Shown here: positions 51,855 through 61,855 of the stretch, one piece after another
Layout of the letters: every line of letters starts with the position of its first letter
Position numbering within the stretch: position 1 is the stretch's first letter
Assembly: GCA_963780185.1 (NCBI GenBank)
Contig: CAWABA010000001.1
Span: 265,621-329,620, forward strand
DNA length: 64,000 nucleotides
Source of the DNA: Candidatus Bathyarchaeota archaeon
GTDB lineage: Archaea > Thermoproteota > Bathyarchaeia > Bathyarchaeales > Bathycorpusculaceae
Direction of reading: 5' to 3'
The notes under the pieces: model-generated
What the model was told of the DNA's origin: nothing
The model's database searches: none
What the model saw: the letters and a program-made list of their open reading frames with translations, nothing else
Position numbers and translations under genes: made by a program

Positions 51855-51945
51855 GCTCAAGCTCGTGATTTCACTAGCAGAATCCTTTTTTTCCTGGAAA
51901 TACGAGGTAATTTTTTAAATTCCTTTATATTAATTGTTTTTAGGG

Positions 51946-52149
51946 ATGTTTGCTTTTGGTCACGGCGAAGAAGATCGGGGAAAAGACAGTTTTCTCTGTG
52001 ATGTTTGCGGCCTTGGATACTCGGACAAGAAGACCACACACGAATGCGAGGACTACTGCAGGGTCCACTCTGGCTCTTGCAGCGTGAAGCTATACAAGAA
52101 AGCTGTTTTTTTACCTGAGAAAACGCGAATTGCGAGAGCAAAAATTTAA
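51946..52149 (+). CDS. Small zinc-finger protein
   Basis: FLCDVCGLGY......HECEDYC...SC. Confidence 0.7.
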   Translation: MFAFGHGEEDRGKDSFLCDVCGLGYSDKKTTHECEDYCRVHSGSCSVKLYKKAVFLPEKTRIARAKI

Positions 52150-52171
52150 GACAAGATGGCGTCAATTCCTA

Positions 52172-52414
52172 ATGGGAACTGATAAGATGTTCAGGAAATG
52201 CCCATCGTGTGGTCGCCTGTTTCAGGCGAAGGAGGTCAAGCGTGAGCAACTCGAAAACCCCTACGAGGTCCAAGTGCCTGCAGGCAGGGGAGGCTTCGTT
52301 TACGAGCGAATCGAAAACTTCAGGGTCACTTACAAGTGCAAGGGTTGCGGCCACGAGTGGACGGACGTGAGCGCGAAGACCCTCCACGACCACTTGAGTT
52401 CTCTTAAACTTTAG
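52172..52414 (+). CDS. Small zinc-ribbon protein
   Basis: KCPSCG ... YKCKGCGHEW. Confidence 0.75.
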   Translation: MGTDKMFRKCPSCGRLFQAKEVKREQLENPYEVQVPAGRGGFVYERIENFRVTYKCKGCGHEWTDVSAKTLHDHLSSLKL

Positions 52415-52540
52415 GCTGTATTCAAGGCTTTTTGAAAACTGGAAGCGATAGGACAAGAAAAATTTAAAATTTGTTTTATGTTTTTTATAGGTTCTGATCA
52501 TAAAACAACATGCAATAAAATTGCGCGGGTCCTTTTTAAA

Positions 52541-52604
52541 TGGGACAGGGGTGGGATTTGAACCCCTGGCTCTCGAGTGCAAGTCCAGCGTTCATGCTAT
52601 CTGA
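52541..52604 (-). pseudogene. Decayed tRNA-Ala(TGC) copy
   Basis: gggatttgaacccc...tgcaa...agcgttcatgc...ctga aligns with the tRNA at 53329-53406; TGC retained, stems broken, 5' acceptor strand missing. Confidence 0.75.
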
Positions 52605-52619
52605 TAGAGGCAAATGCGC

Positions 52620-53045
52620 TTATTCAGTAAGGCGTTCTATGTCTGAGAAACAGTCAAAGTGCTTATCAAACGTGTAGATCTTCGTTATTCCAGCTTTTTT
52701 CATCATCACATGCGCTAAAGCATCATTTAATCCAACCGAATTCTGTTCGGCTGTCGCTACAGCGCTCAGGTAATCTTCTTGGGTTACATCGCAAATCTGG
52801 ATGTTTCTCCGAAGCAACAAACCTTTTTCAAGCTCAAGAGCGCCTTCAAAAGACATGTAGTACTCTAATATGTTGCATAGCTCGCTGAAATGGACAACCG
52901 AAAACGCCACTTTTTCGCCCTCGTTTATTCTGCCCAGAATGATCTTTGCCGCTTCCTTTGTTTTGGTTTCGTGAGGTTGAAGTTTCCTTGTCGTCTTCAG
53001 GAGGGCATAGACAAACACGTTAGTGTCCATGAAGGCAATGGACAA
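52620..53045 (-). CDS. vapC: PIN-domain toxin
   Basis: FMDTNVFV, SE, NDAL, IYTFDKHFD. Confidence 0.92.
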   Translation of the reverse strand: MSIAFMDTNVFVYALLKTTRKLQPHETKTKEAAKIILGRINEGEKVAFSVVHFSELCNILEYYMSFEGALELEKGLLLRRNIQICDVTQEDYLSAVATAEQNSVGLNDALAHVMMKKAGITKIYTFDKHFDCFSDIERLTE

Positions 53046-53048
53046 AAA

Positions 53049-53282
53049 CTATTTCCTCCGCAGTTCCTCGCGAACCTTATGCCAATCAGATAGGTCAGCC
53101 TTCAAATCCACTTCGACTGAATCAAAATATTTAGTTAAATCAATATCTTCAAAAGGCCTGATTTCGATAATGTCCCCTTTTTGTGCGACAACCGCCTTTT
53201 TATCCTTCAGGTACCTGTCACGCCAATTTTTAGGCAAAATTATTCTGCCTTGGTTATCAACCGCCTTAATTTCCATTTCCAA
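53049..53282 (-). CDS. vapB: AbrB/MazE-type antitoxin
   Basis: VDNQGRIILPK.WR; 3 bp upstream of the PIN gene. Confidence 0.88.
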   Translation of the reverse strand: MEMEIKAVDNQGRIILPKNWRDRYLKDKKAVVAQKGDIIEIRPFEDIDLTKYFDSVEVDLKADLSDWHKVREELRRK

Positions 53283-53328
53283 TCGGCTTCACCTTTGAAA
53301 AGAAGGTTAATCGCGTATAAAGAATTTT

Positions 53329-53406
53329 TGGTGGACTGGGGGGGATTTGAACCCCCAACCTCTTGAATGCAAATCAAGCGTTCATGCCAGACTGAACTAC
53401 CAGCCC
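53329..53406 (-). tRNA. tRNA-Ala(TGC), intronless, CCA encoded
   Basis: Acceptor GGGCTGG/CCAGTCC with G3:U70; anticodon arm CTTGA-TTTGCAT-TCAAG; T arm GGGGG-TTCAAAT-CCCCC; ends ACCA. Confidence 0.97.
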
Positions 53407-53568
53407 CTGCACCATAGATTTTTGCACTTATCAGGTTCTTGCTCTTTCCCGAAGGATTAACCAATCAATGATATTTAGCTTTTGTCCGCAGAAAAACCTC
53501 TCAACCAAAACAAACCGAAAAATAAAAAAAATATTGAATAAAAAAGTTGTTACAGCTTCGCTTTCGGC

Positions 53569-53715
53569 TTAGTAACTTCGTCTTGGCCTAGGTGGGCGCT
53601 TCTTGACGAAGCATTCTCGGCAGTAAACTGGGCGGGCTGGGTCTGGTTTGAATGGAACTTCGCATTCTTCGCCGCATTCAGCACATTTCGCCTTGAACAT
53701 TTCTTTTCCTGACAA
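53569..53715 (-). CDS. CxxC-x17-CxxC domain microprotein (48 aa, not in the ORF track)
   Basis: MSGKEMFKAKCAECGEECEVPFKPDPARPVYCRECFVKKRPPRPRRSY; AGGAG SD. Confidence 0.92.
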   Translation of the reverse strand: MSGKEMFKAKCAECGEECEVPFKPDPARPVYCRECFVKKRPPRPRRSY

Positions 53716-53883
53716 ATTATTCAACTCCTACTTACTTTATGTGCCAAAAACAAGTTCTGCACGATTCATTTATGAACCTACGGCGAAATATAAAATTTAT
53801 CTAAACAGAACAGTAACTGAAGGATTGCCTTAAGCATAAGCTATATTTCTAAAGAGCCTAAATTCTATGTAGAGGCTTGGAAT

Positions 53884-54369
53884 TTGGAGTTTAAAGTTGT
53901 TAAAATTGACCCGCCTAAAGACTGTAACGTCATTTTGGGTCAGGCTCACTTCATTAAAACCGCGGAAGACCTATACGAGGCACTGGTCAATTCTGTCCCT
54001 AACATACAGTTCGGGCTCGGTTTCTGTGAAAGCTCAGGTCCCTGCCTAGTCAGACACGAAGGCAACGACGCGGAGCTACGCCAAAAGGTAGCGGAGAAAG
54101 CCTTAGAAATCGGCTGCGGACACAGCTTCTTAATCTACATAAAAAACGCGTACCCACTCAACGTGCTTGACAAAATCAAAAAGGTGCCTGAAGTCTGCAC
54201 GGTTTACGCTGCTACGGCTAACCCGCTGGAAGTGTTGGTTGCTGAGACCGCGCAGGGCAGAGGCATAATCGGGGTTGTTGATGGGCAAAAAAGCAGAGGC
54301 ATAGAAAACGACGCGGACGTGGCTGAGAGGCGCAGCTTTGTGCGGAAAATCGGTTACAAACTGGGTTGA
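53884..54369 (+). CDS. Adenosine-specific kinase family protein (COG1839/DUF355)
   Basis: [41 protein letters not shown]. Confidence 0.9.
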   Translation: MEFKVVKIDPPKDCNVILGQAHFIKTAEDLYEALVNSVPNIQFGLGFCESSGPCLVRHEGNDAELRQKVAEKALEIGCGHSFLIYIKNAYPLNVLDKIKKVPEVCTVYAATANPLEVLVAETAQGRGIIGVVDGQKSRGIENDADVAERRSFVRKIGYKLG

Positions 54370-54375
54370 CGGCGC

Positions 54376-55344
54376 TTATTCTTCGCCTGCTACGATGCCT
54401 TCGAACAGGTAGTTGTCGATGTTTCCCCCGCTTATCACTACAGCAACGGTCTTCCCAGCGAATTGATCCTTGTTTTCCAGAAGCAACGCAACACCTGCGG
54501 CGCCTGAGCCCTCCACAACTTGTTTTTCGTTCTTCCAAAGCAGATAAACCGCCCGCCTAATCGACTCTTCCCTTGCCAACGTAACCTCATCCACGTACTG
54601 CTGAGCGATGCTAAAAGTGATTGAGCCTTTTTCGACGGCGCCAACGAGCCCCTCAGCGACGGTGTAGCGTTCATGCCTGTGCGGCGGAACAATCTTGCCT
54701 GCCTTCAAAGACTCATACATGACAGGTGAAGCCGCCGACTGAACCCCGATGACCTTGACGGTTGGCTTTTGGGTTTTCACGGCGACGGCGACGCCTCCGA
54801 TCAAGCCGCCTCCCCCAACAGGAACAATCACCACGTCGACGCTTGGCAGTTCGCTGAGGATTTCTAACCCAATGGTTCCGTGACCAGCCACAATCCGCTC
54901 ATCATTGTACGGGGAAATGTAGAGCCGCCCTTCCTGCGCCGCGAGCTGCTTAGCTTTCTTTTCCGCCTCATCATAAGTCTCACCGTACAGAACGAGCTCC
55001 GCGCCGAACTGCCGAATCCCATCTACTTTGACCTGCGGTGCATGAGTTGGCACGACAATTTTTGCCTGAAAACCAAGCTTCTGCGCGCCCCAAGCCACCG
55101 CTTGACCATGATTGCCCGCTGAAGCCGTAACCACACCCTTCGCCTTTTCCTCAGCCGACAAACTCAACAGCTTATTGATTACTCCACGCACCTTAAACGA
55201 ATGCGTCACCTGCTGATTCTCCCACTTCAGAAAAACCTTCCCGCCAATCAATTCGCTTGCAAACTTTGACTGGGTCAGCGGCGTAACCTTGGCGTAGGAG
55301 ACTATGTTCTTTTGCGCTTGCTCTATGTCTTCAAGTTTAACCAT
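54376..55344 (-). CDS. ilvA: Threonine/serine dehydratase (no regulatory domain)
   Basis: SFKVRG, ASAGNH, PVGGGGLI, SGGN. Confidence 0.9.
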   Translation of the reverse strand: MVKLEDIEQAQKNIVSYAKVTPLTQSKFASELIGGKVFLKWENQQVTHSFKVRGVINKLLSLSAEEKAKGVVTASAGNHGQAVAWGAQKLGFQAKIVVPTHAPQVKVDGIRQFGAELVLYGETYDEAEKKAKQLAAQEGRLYISPYNDERIVAGHGTIGLEILSELPSVDVVIVPVGGGGLIGGVAVAVKTQKPTVKVIGVQSAASPVMYESLKAGKIVPPHRHERYTVAEGLVGAVEKGSITFSIAQQYVDEVTLAREESIRRAVYLLWKNEKQVVEGSGAAGVALLLENKDQFAGKTVAVVISGGNIDNYLFEGIVAGEE

Positions 55345-55466
55345 TCTTCATCCCAAGAAAACAGCTTAGCCTTATCTTGAATGAGATGCCTCTGACCTAT
55401 TTTTCAGTTGCCCATGAAGTGGCAGGATGCAAAGAGAAATATTGCCGTCCATGGAATAGATGCCCT

Positions 55467-56297
55467 ATGGCGAAAACTGAGGTTTACTTTTTTTCTGGAA
55501 CAGGGAATTCACTGGTTATCGCAAGGAGCCTATCTGAAAAACTCGGAGGAAAATTAGTACCCATCGCATCTTTAGTCCACCAAGACCTAATTAACACAGA
55601 CGCGGAGACGATTGGGCTGGTTTTTCCGATTTACGATTTTAAGGCGCCACCGATGATTGAGTCTTTCGTGGAGAAATTCTCAACGCTTGACGGAAAATAT
55701 GTTTTTGCAGTTGCCACCTACGGCTTCATGCCCATGAACGCCATGAAGAAACTCAGTAAAACCGTCAAGTCATGCGGCGGCAAGCTTTCAGGCGGGTTCG
55801 TAGTGTCCATGCCCAACAACGGGATAATCACCGAAACAATGACCGCCAAAAGAGAAAATAAAATGCGGAAAGATTGCAGCGCCAAACTCGAAAAAATAAA
55901 CGATTACGTGGCTGCCAAAAAAGAAGGCAAATTAGAAACAACCAATATCCTCACCAACCTTTTCCTAAACGGTTTGTTCATTAAGGCAACGCCCAAGCTT
56001 CTTGGCTTAGGAAAAGAAGTTGCGTTGCATGGCTGGAAATCGTTCGCCTTTGTAGCCGATAGCAAATGCACGGGATGCGGCGTCTGCGTTCAGGTCTGCC
56101 CATTTAACAACATCACCTTGGCGGATGGGAAGCCTTCATGGGGAACGGAATGCATAACCTGCTTTGCATGTCTCCAGTGGTGCCCAAAAGCAGCAATTCA
56201 AGCTGGGCGAATAACAGTCAAGCAGAAACGGTACCACCACCCCGACGTAAAAGTCTCAGACGTAATTAACCAAAAGAGTCCGATAGCTACGACGTGA
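55467..56297 (+). CDS. EFR1-type flavodoxin-ferredoxin fusion
   Basis: FSGTGNS; CTGCGVCVQVCP; CITCFACLQWCP; RYHHP. Confidence 0.9.
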   Translation: MAKTEVYFFSGTGNSLVIARSLSEKLGGKLVPIASLVHQDLINTDAETIGLVFPIYDFKAPPMIESFVEKFSTLDGKYVFAVATYGFMPMNAMKKLSKTVKSCGGKLSGGFVVSMPNNGIITETMTAKRENKMRKDCSAKLEKINDYVAAKKEGKLETTNILTNLFLNGLFIKATPKLLGLGKEVALHGWKSFAFVADSKCTGCGVCVQVCPFNNITLADGKPSWGTECITCFACLQWCPKAAIQAGRITVKQKRYHHPDVKVSDVINQKSPIATT

Positions 56298-56301
56298 TTT
56301 T

Positions 56302-57135
56302 TTGGGCGCAGAAATCTATTATTTTTCGGGTACTGGGAACTCGCTGGTTGTTGCAAGAGCTATTGCGGGAAAAACCCATGGGCAACTTACTTCAATACAA
56401 TCGTTAGTAGGCAAGGAAAGCATAAAACCTAGTGCTGAGGTGGTTGGGATTGTTTTTCCAGTTTACTACGCTACAAATGACTGTGGAATACCGCTTATAG
56501 TGCAAAGGTTTGTCGGCAAACTCCAGAAAATTAGTTCAAAATACATTTTTGCTGTCTGTACCTGCGGAAACATGCCTGGAACAACAATTGAGAACCTACG
56601 AAAAGCCATCGAATCTCGAGGCGGTGAACTTGCCGCGGGATTCAAGTTGAAGATGGCAGACAAGAGCCTTCAACAAAAGAAACAACAAAAAATGTCAATG
56701 AACCAGAAAAAGAAACTTGACGCCATCGGCAACTTTGTGGCCGCACGCAAAAAAGGCAAATTCGAAACACGCGGAACTTTGCGCAAAATACTTCTTGCCC
56801 CACTATTGTTTTTCTTGATAAAACCAGCATTTTCGAGAAGGTATCGGAACCTTTCAAACTTAACCACTCATCTTCCCTTCCGTCAACTCATACCTGTTGC
56901 TGACCAAAGCTTTCAAACAAACGAGAAATGCAACGGCTGTGGAACTTGCTCGAAAGTTTGTCCTGTAAGTAACATCAAGATAGTTGACAAAAAACCCGTG
57001 TGGCAGCATCACTGCGAGACCTGCCTTGCTTGTTACAGCTGGTGTCCGCAAAAAGCAATAGGCGGCGAAATCGTCTCTTACAACCAGCGGTATCATCATC
57101 CTGAAATAAAGTTGTCAGACATGCTAAATACATAG
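56302..57135 (+). CDS. EFR1-type flavodoxin-ferredoxin fusion (tandem paralog)
   Basis: FSGTGNS; CNGCGTCSKVCP; CETCLACYSWCP; RYHHP. Confidence 0.9.
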   Translation: MGAEIYYFSGTGNSLVVARAIAGKTHGQLTSIQSLVGKESIKPSAEVVGIVFPVYYATNDCGIPLIVQRFVGKLQKISSKYIFAVCTCGNMPGTTIENLRKAIESRGGELAAGFKLKMADKSLQQKKQQKMSMNQKKKLDAIGNFVAARKKGKFETRGTLRKILLAPLLFFLIKPAFSRRYRNLSNLTTHLPFRQLIPVADQSFQTNEKCNGCGTCSKVCPVSNIKIVDKKPVWQHHCETCLACYSWCPQKAIGGEIVSYNQRYHHPEIKLSDMLNT

Positions 57136-57303
57136 GTCAGTAGCCTAACGCAAACCCAGTCGCATTCAACACTCCAACTTTCCTAATTATCGCTGTGAAC
57201 TAACCCTTCATTTTTCATAAAGGCGGCACATTTAGATTCTATATAGCTTATGAATGGAAGCCTTAATAGCGATTTAGAGCTAAGGCATGCGGAGGCAAAC
57301 TCG

Positions 57304-57423
57304 ATGAGAGTTCCAATATTTTACGTATGCCCAATATGCAAAGAACGCTTAGGTGACCCGAAACAGCTTCAGGAGCACAGAAGGTTCGAACACAGGAACG
57401 CACTTAGCGAAGTAAAACCCTGA
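57304..57423 (+). CDS. 39-aa single C2H2 zinc-finger microprotein (not in the ORF track)
   Basis: MRVPIFYVCPICKERLGDPKQLQEHRRFEHRNALSEVKP (C-x2-C-x12-H-x4-H); GGAGG SD at 57291. Confidence 0.8.
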   Translation: MRVPIFYVCPICKERLGDPKQLQEHRRFEHRNALSEVKP

Positions 57424-57688
57424 TTCTAACTACTCAGCACGCGAAAATCTAAATCAACGCTAGCTGTTCTTGGAGCAACAGCAACCCGTCTGAATCGCAA
57501 GGCACGCAAGTTGCTAAAGAAACAAGGCTTAGTTTGCCCATGACGGCTTTTTAAAGTACTGCGGTAAAATTAAGAGGCTGCAACATTTCTCACTTTTCAT
57601 ATGATAGCCTTTCTCCAGTTCGCCAGCGCAAACTATTTTAGCGTTCGGAAGAATCAAACTTCAAACAAATCGGTTGGAAGTGTGTTTT

Positions 57689-58534
57689 ATGGCTTTAGAA
57701 CGTAACATGGCTCAAATCAAAGCTTTCCGCGAGCAGCAGTCTGAAGAGGCACAGATGCTCAAAGAACGCATGGGTAAAATCAAACATAAAATCGCGGTTA
57801 TCAGCGGCAAAGGCGGCGTCGGCAAAAGCACCGTAACCGTAAACCTTGCCACGGCGTTTGCAGCCAAAGGGTTTAAGGTTGGGGTTTTAGACGCGGACAT
57901 TCATGGTCCAAGCGTGCCTAAGCTTTTGGGGTTGGAGGGTAAACGCGTCAAGTATGGTCCTCCTGGTGCTTTTCCAGTTGAGGGTCCACTGGGCATGAAG
58001 GTTATGTCGATTGACTTTTTTTTGGCTGAGGAAGCGCCAACCATTTGGCGTGGGCCACTCAAAATGCGGGCGATTAGGCAGTTTCTGGTGGATATCGTGT
58101 GGGGTGAGCTTGACTTTTTGTTCATTGATTTGCCGCCTGGAACGGGTGATGAGCCTTTGAGTATTGCGCAGCTTTTGCCTGAAATCGACGGGGTAGTCAT
58201 TGTTACTATGCCGACTGGGCTTTCGAGTTCCGTAGTTAAGAAGGCAATCACGTTCGCCGAACGGCTAAAAATGCCCATCATCGGCGTCGTGGAAAACATG
58301 AGCGGATTTGTCTGTCCTCATTGCGGAACGAAAACCGAGATTTTCGAGTCAGGCGGCGGCGAAAAAATGGCTAAAGAAGCCGGTGTCCTTTTCCTTGGCA
58401 GCATCCCGATTGACCCGAAAATCGGCGTAGACTCCGACAAAGGCCAACCATTCATCGTAGCGAATAAAGAGTCAGCTGCAGCGAAAGTTTTCATGGAAAT
58501 CGTCGAGAAAGTTGCAGCCCACCTCAAAAAATAG
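57689..58534 (+). CDS. mrp: Mrp/NBP35 (ApbC) Fe-S cluster carrier ATPase
   Basis: SGKGGVGKST, DADIHGPS, WRGP, DLPPGTGD, ENMS..CPHC. Confidence 0.95.
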   Translation: MALERNMAQIKAFREQQSEEAQMLKERMGKIKHKIAVISGKGGVGKSTVTVNLATAFAAKGFKVGVLDADIHGPSVPKLLGLEGKRVKYGPPGAFPVEGPLGMKVMSIDFFLAEEAPTIWRGPLKMRAIRQFLVDIVWGELDFLFIDLPPGTGDEPLSIAQLLPEIDGVVIVTMPTGLSSSVVKKAITFAERLKMPIIGVVENMSGFVCPHCGTKTEIFESGGGEKMAKEAGVLFLGSIPIDPKIGVDSDKGQPFIVANKESAAAKVFMEIVEKVAAHLKK

Positions 58535-58657
58535 CGGAACCCTGTTTTCAACCATCCCGAAAGCCGCAGCCACCCACCAATCAGGGGCGCTTCCGAACTC
58601 GCAAACAAAACCCGTGAAAACCCGAACCTGTCACCGAAGAAAACGCTGCGCCCATAT

Positions 58658-58831
58658 CCGCCCATACGCGACAATGCCGTCTATGTTGAGTCAACATGCA
58701 AAGTCGCATCCCGCCCATAGCAAAGTCGCAATGTTCAAGCAGAACCCAAGCCTAAACCAAAAAAGCAACCCAAAACGCAATCCTCCACCTGCGAAAGTCG
58801 CAACTTTCACCAAAACAAAAGTCTCAACTTA
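58658..58831 (+). repeat. Dispersed intergenic element, copy A, with AAAGTCGCA iterons
   Basis: Collinear blocks shared with the reverse complement of 61942-62111; AAAGTCGCA at 58700, 58722, 58794; palindrome ATGTTGA-G-TCAACAT at 58683. Confidence 0.8.
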
Positions 58832-58921
58832 AAAAAATAGAAAAAACCAAATGCTGAAATTTCAATGTAAAAAGAGTGAGAGCCTAAAAACTCCCATTTG
58901 TGGTTTTATTGGTCGCGTGGT

Positions 58922-59209
58922 TTATTCTTTTGCCATGCTGATTTCGATCGTTGAAACCATCCTGGACCTGTTTTCGCCTTCTCTTGGTGGCATCTCGGCT
59001 GTTCCGATTGCGATTTTGCTGACATGGATGTCTTTGATGAAGCGGCTTCTGGTAATTTCTGCTACGTCAACGGCGGTAGTAATTGCTTGGCCTCTGGCTT
59101 TCAAGGTTATTTCTTTTTGCCCGCTGGAGAAAGCTGTTATGAGAGCGAGCACATAGCTCATGGGTGGTTTGTTTCCAACGAAAACGACGTCACTTGATTT
59201 TTCCTGCAT
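58922..59209 (-). CDS. albA: DNA/RNA-binding protein Alba
   Basis: VGNKPPMSYVLA, LKARGQAITTAVDVAE, VSTIEI. Confidence 0.96.
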   Translation of the reverse strand: MQEKSSDVVFVGNKPPMSYVLALITAFSSGQKEITLKARGQAITTAVDVAEITRSRFIKDIHVSKIAIGTAEMPPREGENRSRMVSTIEISMAKE

Positions 59210-59487
59210 TTTAAATATCACTCCTTTTTATTGTTCATTATGGAAGTACCCATAAGTAAGCTAAACTTCCTAATAAATGCAATTCAGTCTTAACACGTAA
59301 GCTAGCGCTAAAACGGCGGCAAAATGAAGCCTTTTTCCACCTGAAAAACACTCCATTCAAAAGCCAAACAGCCCCCGAGAGACGAAAATTCATAATACCT
59401 AAAGCGCAATAGTTGTGCGTTGGAAAAAAACGTTAAAGCTTTATAAGCGAAAACTTAAAGGAAGAGTACAAGCTGGAGAATTATTCC

Positions 59488-60261
59488 TTGTCCGTATCGC
59501 CCGCTCTAAGAGAAGTTTTAGCCAGAAGAATTGCTGGAGAAATAATTCTTTCAGGCAAGCCCGGCGCTACCATGCGGAAGTGGCGGGAGCTTTTCGCCGT
59601 TTCCCAAATTACGCTTTCCGAGACTATGGGGCTGTCATCTTCAGGAGTCATAAGCGACTATGAAAGTGGAAGACGCAAAAGCCCAGGCGCCAAATTCATC
59701 CGCCGCTTCGTCCTCTCGCTTCTACACATCGACGAGCAGAAAGGCAGCCGCTTCATACGGGAATTCGCCAAACTCACCAGTTCACCCAGCATGGCGGTTG
59801 TCGACCTGCGAGAATTCCCAATCCCAGTGCGGGTTGAATACTTATGCAAAGCCATCGGCGGCGAAATAGTCGCATGCAAAGAAAAATACGTCAAAGAAGT
59901 CAACGGATACACAGTTGTCGACAGCCGAAAAGCCGTTGAAGCATACTCCGGCTTAGAGTATTCGCAGCTTTTTGGTTCAACCACTGATCGGGCGTTGATT
60001 TTCACAAACGTGGAAGACGGTTCCTTGCCGATGATGATTGTGCGGGTCAGCAGCCTCAAACCGCGCCTCGTGGTTTTCCATAAAACCCCGCCTGACGCTG
60101 AAGCCATACGCATAGCCGAGTACGAGCAGATACCCCTCATCTACTCATCTGCGCCTACTCTGGAGCAATTGGTGAAATCTCTGCGAAAACTCTACCGCAT
60201 AGCTTTGCGGGTAAAACTTGGCAGGCGACGCGTGCGTCCACCACCAAAAATAAGCGCCTAG
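59488..60261 (+). CDS. Conserved archaeal XRE-HTH transcriptional regulator (COG1709 type)
   Basis: RIAGEIILS..PG.TMRKWRE, ISDYESGRRKSPG, RALIFTNV. Confidence 0.9.
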   Translation: MSVSPALREVLARRIAGEIILSGKPGATMRKWRELFAVSQITLSETMGLSSSGVISDYESGRRKSPGAKFIRRFVLSLLHIDEQKGSRFIREFAKLTSSPSMAVVDLREFPIPVRVEYLCKAIGGEIVACKEKYVKEVNGYTVVDSRKAVEAYSGLEYSQLFGSTTDRALIFTNVEDGSLPMMIVRVSSLKPRLVVFHKTPPDAEAIRIAEYEQIPLIYSSAPTLEQLVKSLRKLYRIALRVKLGRRRVRPPPKISA

Positions 60262-60283
60262 CGGCTAAATTAAAAAAGGAAGT

Positions 60284-61855
60284 TTATAGGTCAAAAGGGA
60301 TGGCTGAGTCGCCTTTGTAGTCTGTTTTTAGCACGTTCATGGCGCTTAGCACGGCTTCCATGCTGGCTTTAACGATGTCTTCGCGTACGCCCATGGCGGT
60401 GACTGTTCTGTCGCCTTTACGCATCCGCACCACCACTTCAACCATCGCGTCTGTGCCGCCTGTAATCGCCTTAACCATGTACTGCTCCAGTGTGATGGGT
60501 TCAACCTCTTCAATGGCGTCTTTCACCGCGTTTATCGCCGCATCCACAGGTCCCACACCTACCGCTGTGCCCCAAACGTCTTTTCCGTTTAGTCGCAGCC
60601 TAACCGACGCCGTCGCCGTAACCTTGTCGCCGCCCATGAAAGACATTTCTTCAAGCTGAATAGGCTTCTCCTTACTCAACCCCATAACGTTCTCCGCAAT
60701 CGCTAAAACATCCGCGTCCATCACCGTCTTGCCTTTGTCGCCTGCGCTTTTGATGCGTTGAAAAATCTCTTTAAACTGCGCTTCCGAAGGGCGAAGACCC
60801 ATGTTTTCCAAGGTTGCCTTAACCGCATGTGACCCTGAATGTTTCCCAGCGGATATGCGGCGGGTTGCGCCGACCAACTCGGGAGCAATTGGCTCATAAG
60901 TCAGGGGGTTCGCAAGCATGCCTTGTGTGTGGATTCCTGATTCGTGTGTGAAGGCGTTTTCGCCGACGATTGCCTTGTTCGGCTGCACATGAATGCCTGT
61001 TAACCTTGAAACAAGCTGCGATGTGCCGTAGATCAACTCGGTTTTTATGTTCAAATCAAGCTTGTAGAGGGAACGCAAGGTGAGGACGATTTCTTCCAGC
61101 GAGGCGTTTCCTGCGCGTTCGCCCAGCCCGTTTATGGTTGCGTGTGCCTCTTCTGCGCCTGCGCCTAGGGCGGCAACGGTGTTGGCGACAGCCATGCCGA
61201 AGTCGTTGTGGCAATGCACGCCAAGTGGAACCTTGACGTTTTTCTTCAGTTTAGCGAAGAATTCGGCTGACCGCTCAGGAGTCAAAATGCCCACGGTGTC
61301 GCATGCCGTAACCCTGTCTACTCCAGCGTCAACAGCCACCAAAAAAGCCTTCGTTAGGTACTCGAAGTCTGAGCGGGTGGCGTCTTCAGCCAAAAAATCC
61401 ACGACTAAGCCTTGGTCTTTGGCGTAGGCGACGCATTCGGTTATGGCGTCAAGTATCTGCTGCCGTGTCTTATGGAGTTTGCATTCGATATGCAAATCTG
61501 ACGTGGGGATAATCATGCTTATGGCGGATGCGCCGCTTTTCACCACGGAGTCTATGTCGTTTTTTGTTCCTCTGCCTGCGCTTGAGATTTGCGCGTTGAG
61601 CCCTTGCTTGGCGATTAAGCTGACGGCTTCCATTTCTCCCTCGGAAACCGCTGCGAACCCAGCTTCGATAACGTCTACGCCGAGCTCGTCGAGCCGCTGC
61701 GCTATCCTCAGTTTATTTTCAGGTACAAGCGATACTCCGGGCGTTTGTTCCCCATCTCTTAGGGTGGTGTCTAAAAACTTGACGTGTTTTGGGAAGCGGT
61801 TAAATAAAGCAATACCCCATTTAAAGTCACATACCATTTTTTGAGCGTCAACCAC
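60284..61855 (-). CDS. 2-isopropylmalate or (R)-citramalate synthase (LeuA/CimA family)
   Basis: DTTLRDGEQ, HCHNDFG, NGLGERAGNA, HESGIH, GKHSG; C-terminal regulatory domain with GPVDA; start uncertain. Confidence 0.93.
   Translation of the reverse strand: MVDAQKMVCDFKWGIALFNRFPKHVKFLDTTLRDGEQTPGVSLVPENKLRIAQRLDELGVDVIEAGFAAVSEGEMEAVSLIAKQGLNAQISSAGRGTKNDIDSVVKSGASAISMIIPTSDLHIECKLHKTRQQILDAITECVAYAKDQGLVVDFLAEDATRSDFEYLTKAFLVAVDAGVDRVTACDTVGILTPERSAEFFAKLKKNVKVPLGVHCHNDFGMAVANTVAALGAGAEEAHATINGLGERAGNASLEEIVLTLRSLYKLDLNIKTELIYGTSQLVSRLTGIHVQPNKAIVGENAFTHESGIHTQGMLANPLTYEPIAPELVGATRRISAGKHSGSHAVKATLENMGLRPSEAQFKEIFQRIKSAGDKGKTVMDADVLAIAENVMGLSKEKPIQLEEMSFMGGDKVTATASVRLRLNGKDVWGTAVGVGPVDAAINAVKDAIEEVEPITLEQYMVKAITGGTDAMVEVVVRMRKGDRTVTAMGVREDIVKASMEAVLSAMNVLKTDYKGDSAIPFDL

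Larger units (their letters stand above)
51830..53356. mobile_element. tRNA-Ala-anchored genomic islet(s), no integrase
   Basis: Bounded by tRNA 3'-end direct repeats; internal decayed tRNA copy; cargo is VapBC and two zinc-finger microproteins. Confidence 0.65.

Noticed and set aside
19551-59400. Recurring short intergenic words such as GGGGCTGTTT and TTTTGCCGCC
   Set aside because: Too short, inconsistent in order and explainable by G/T-rich composition without a statistical test
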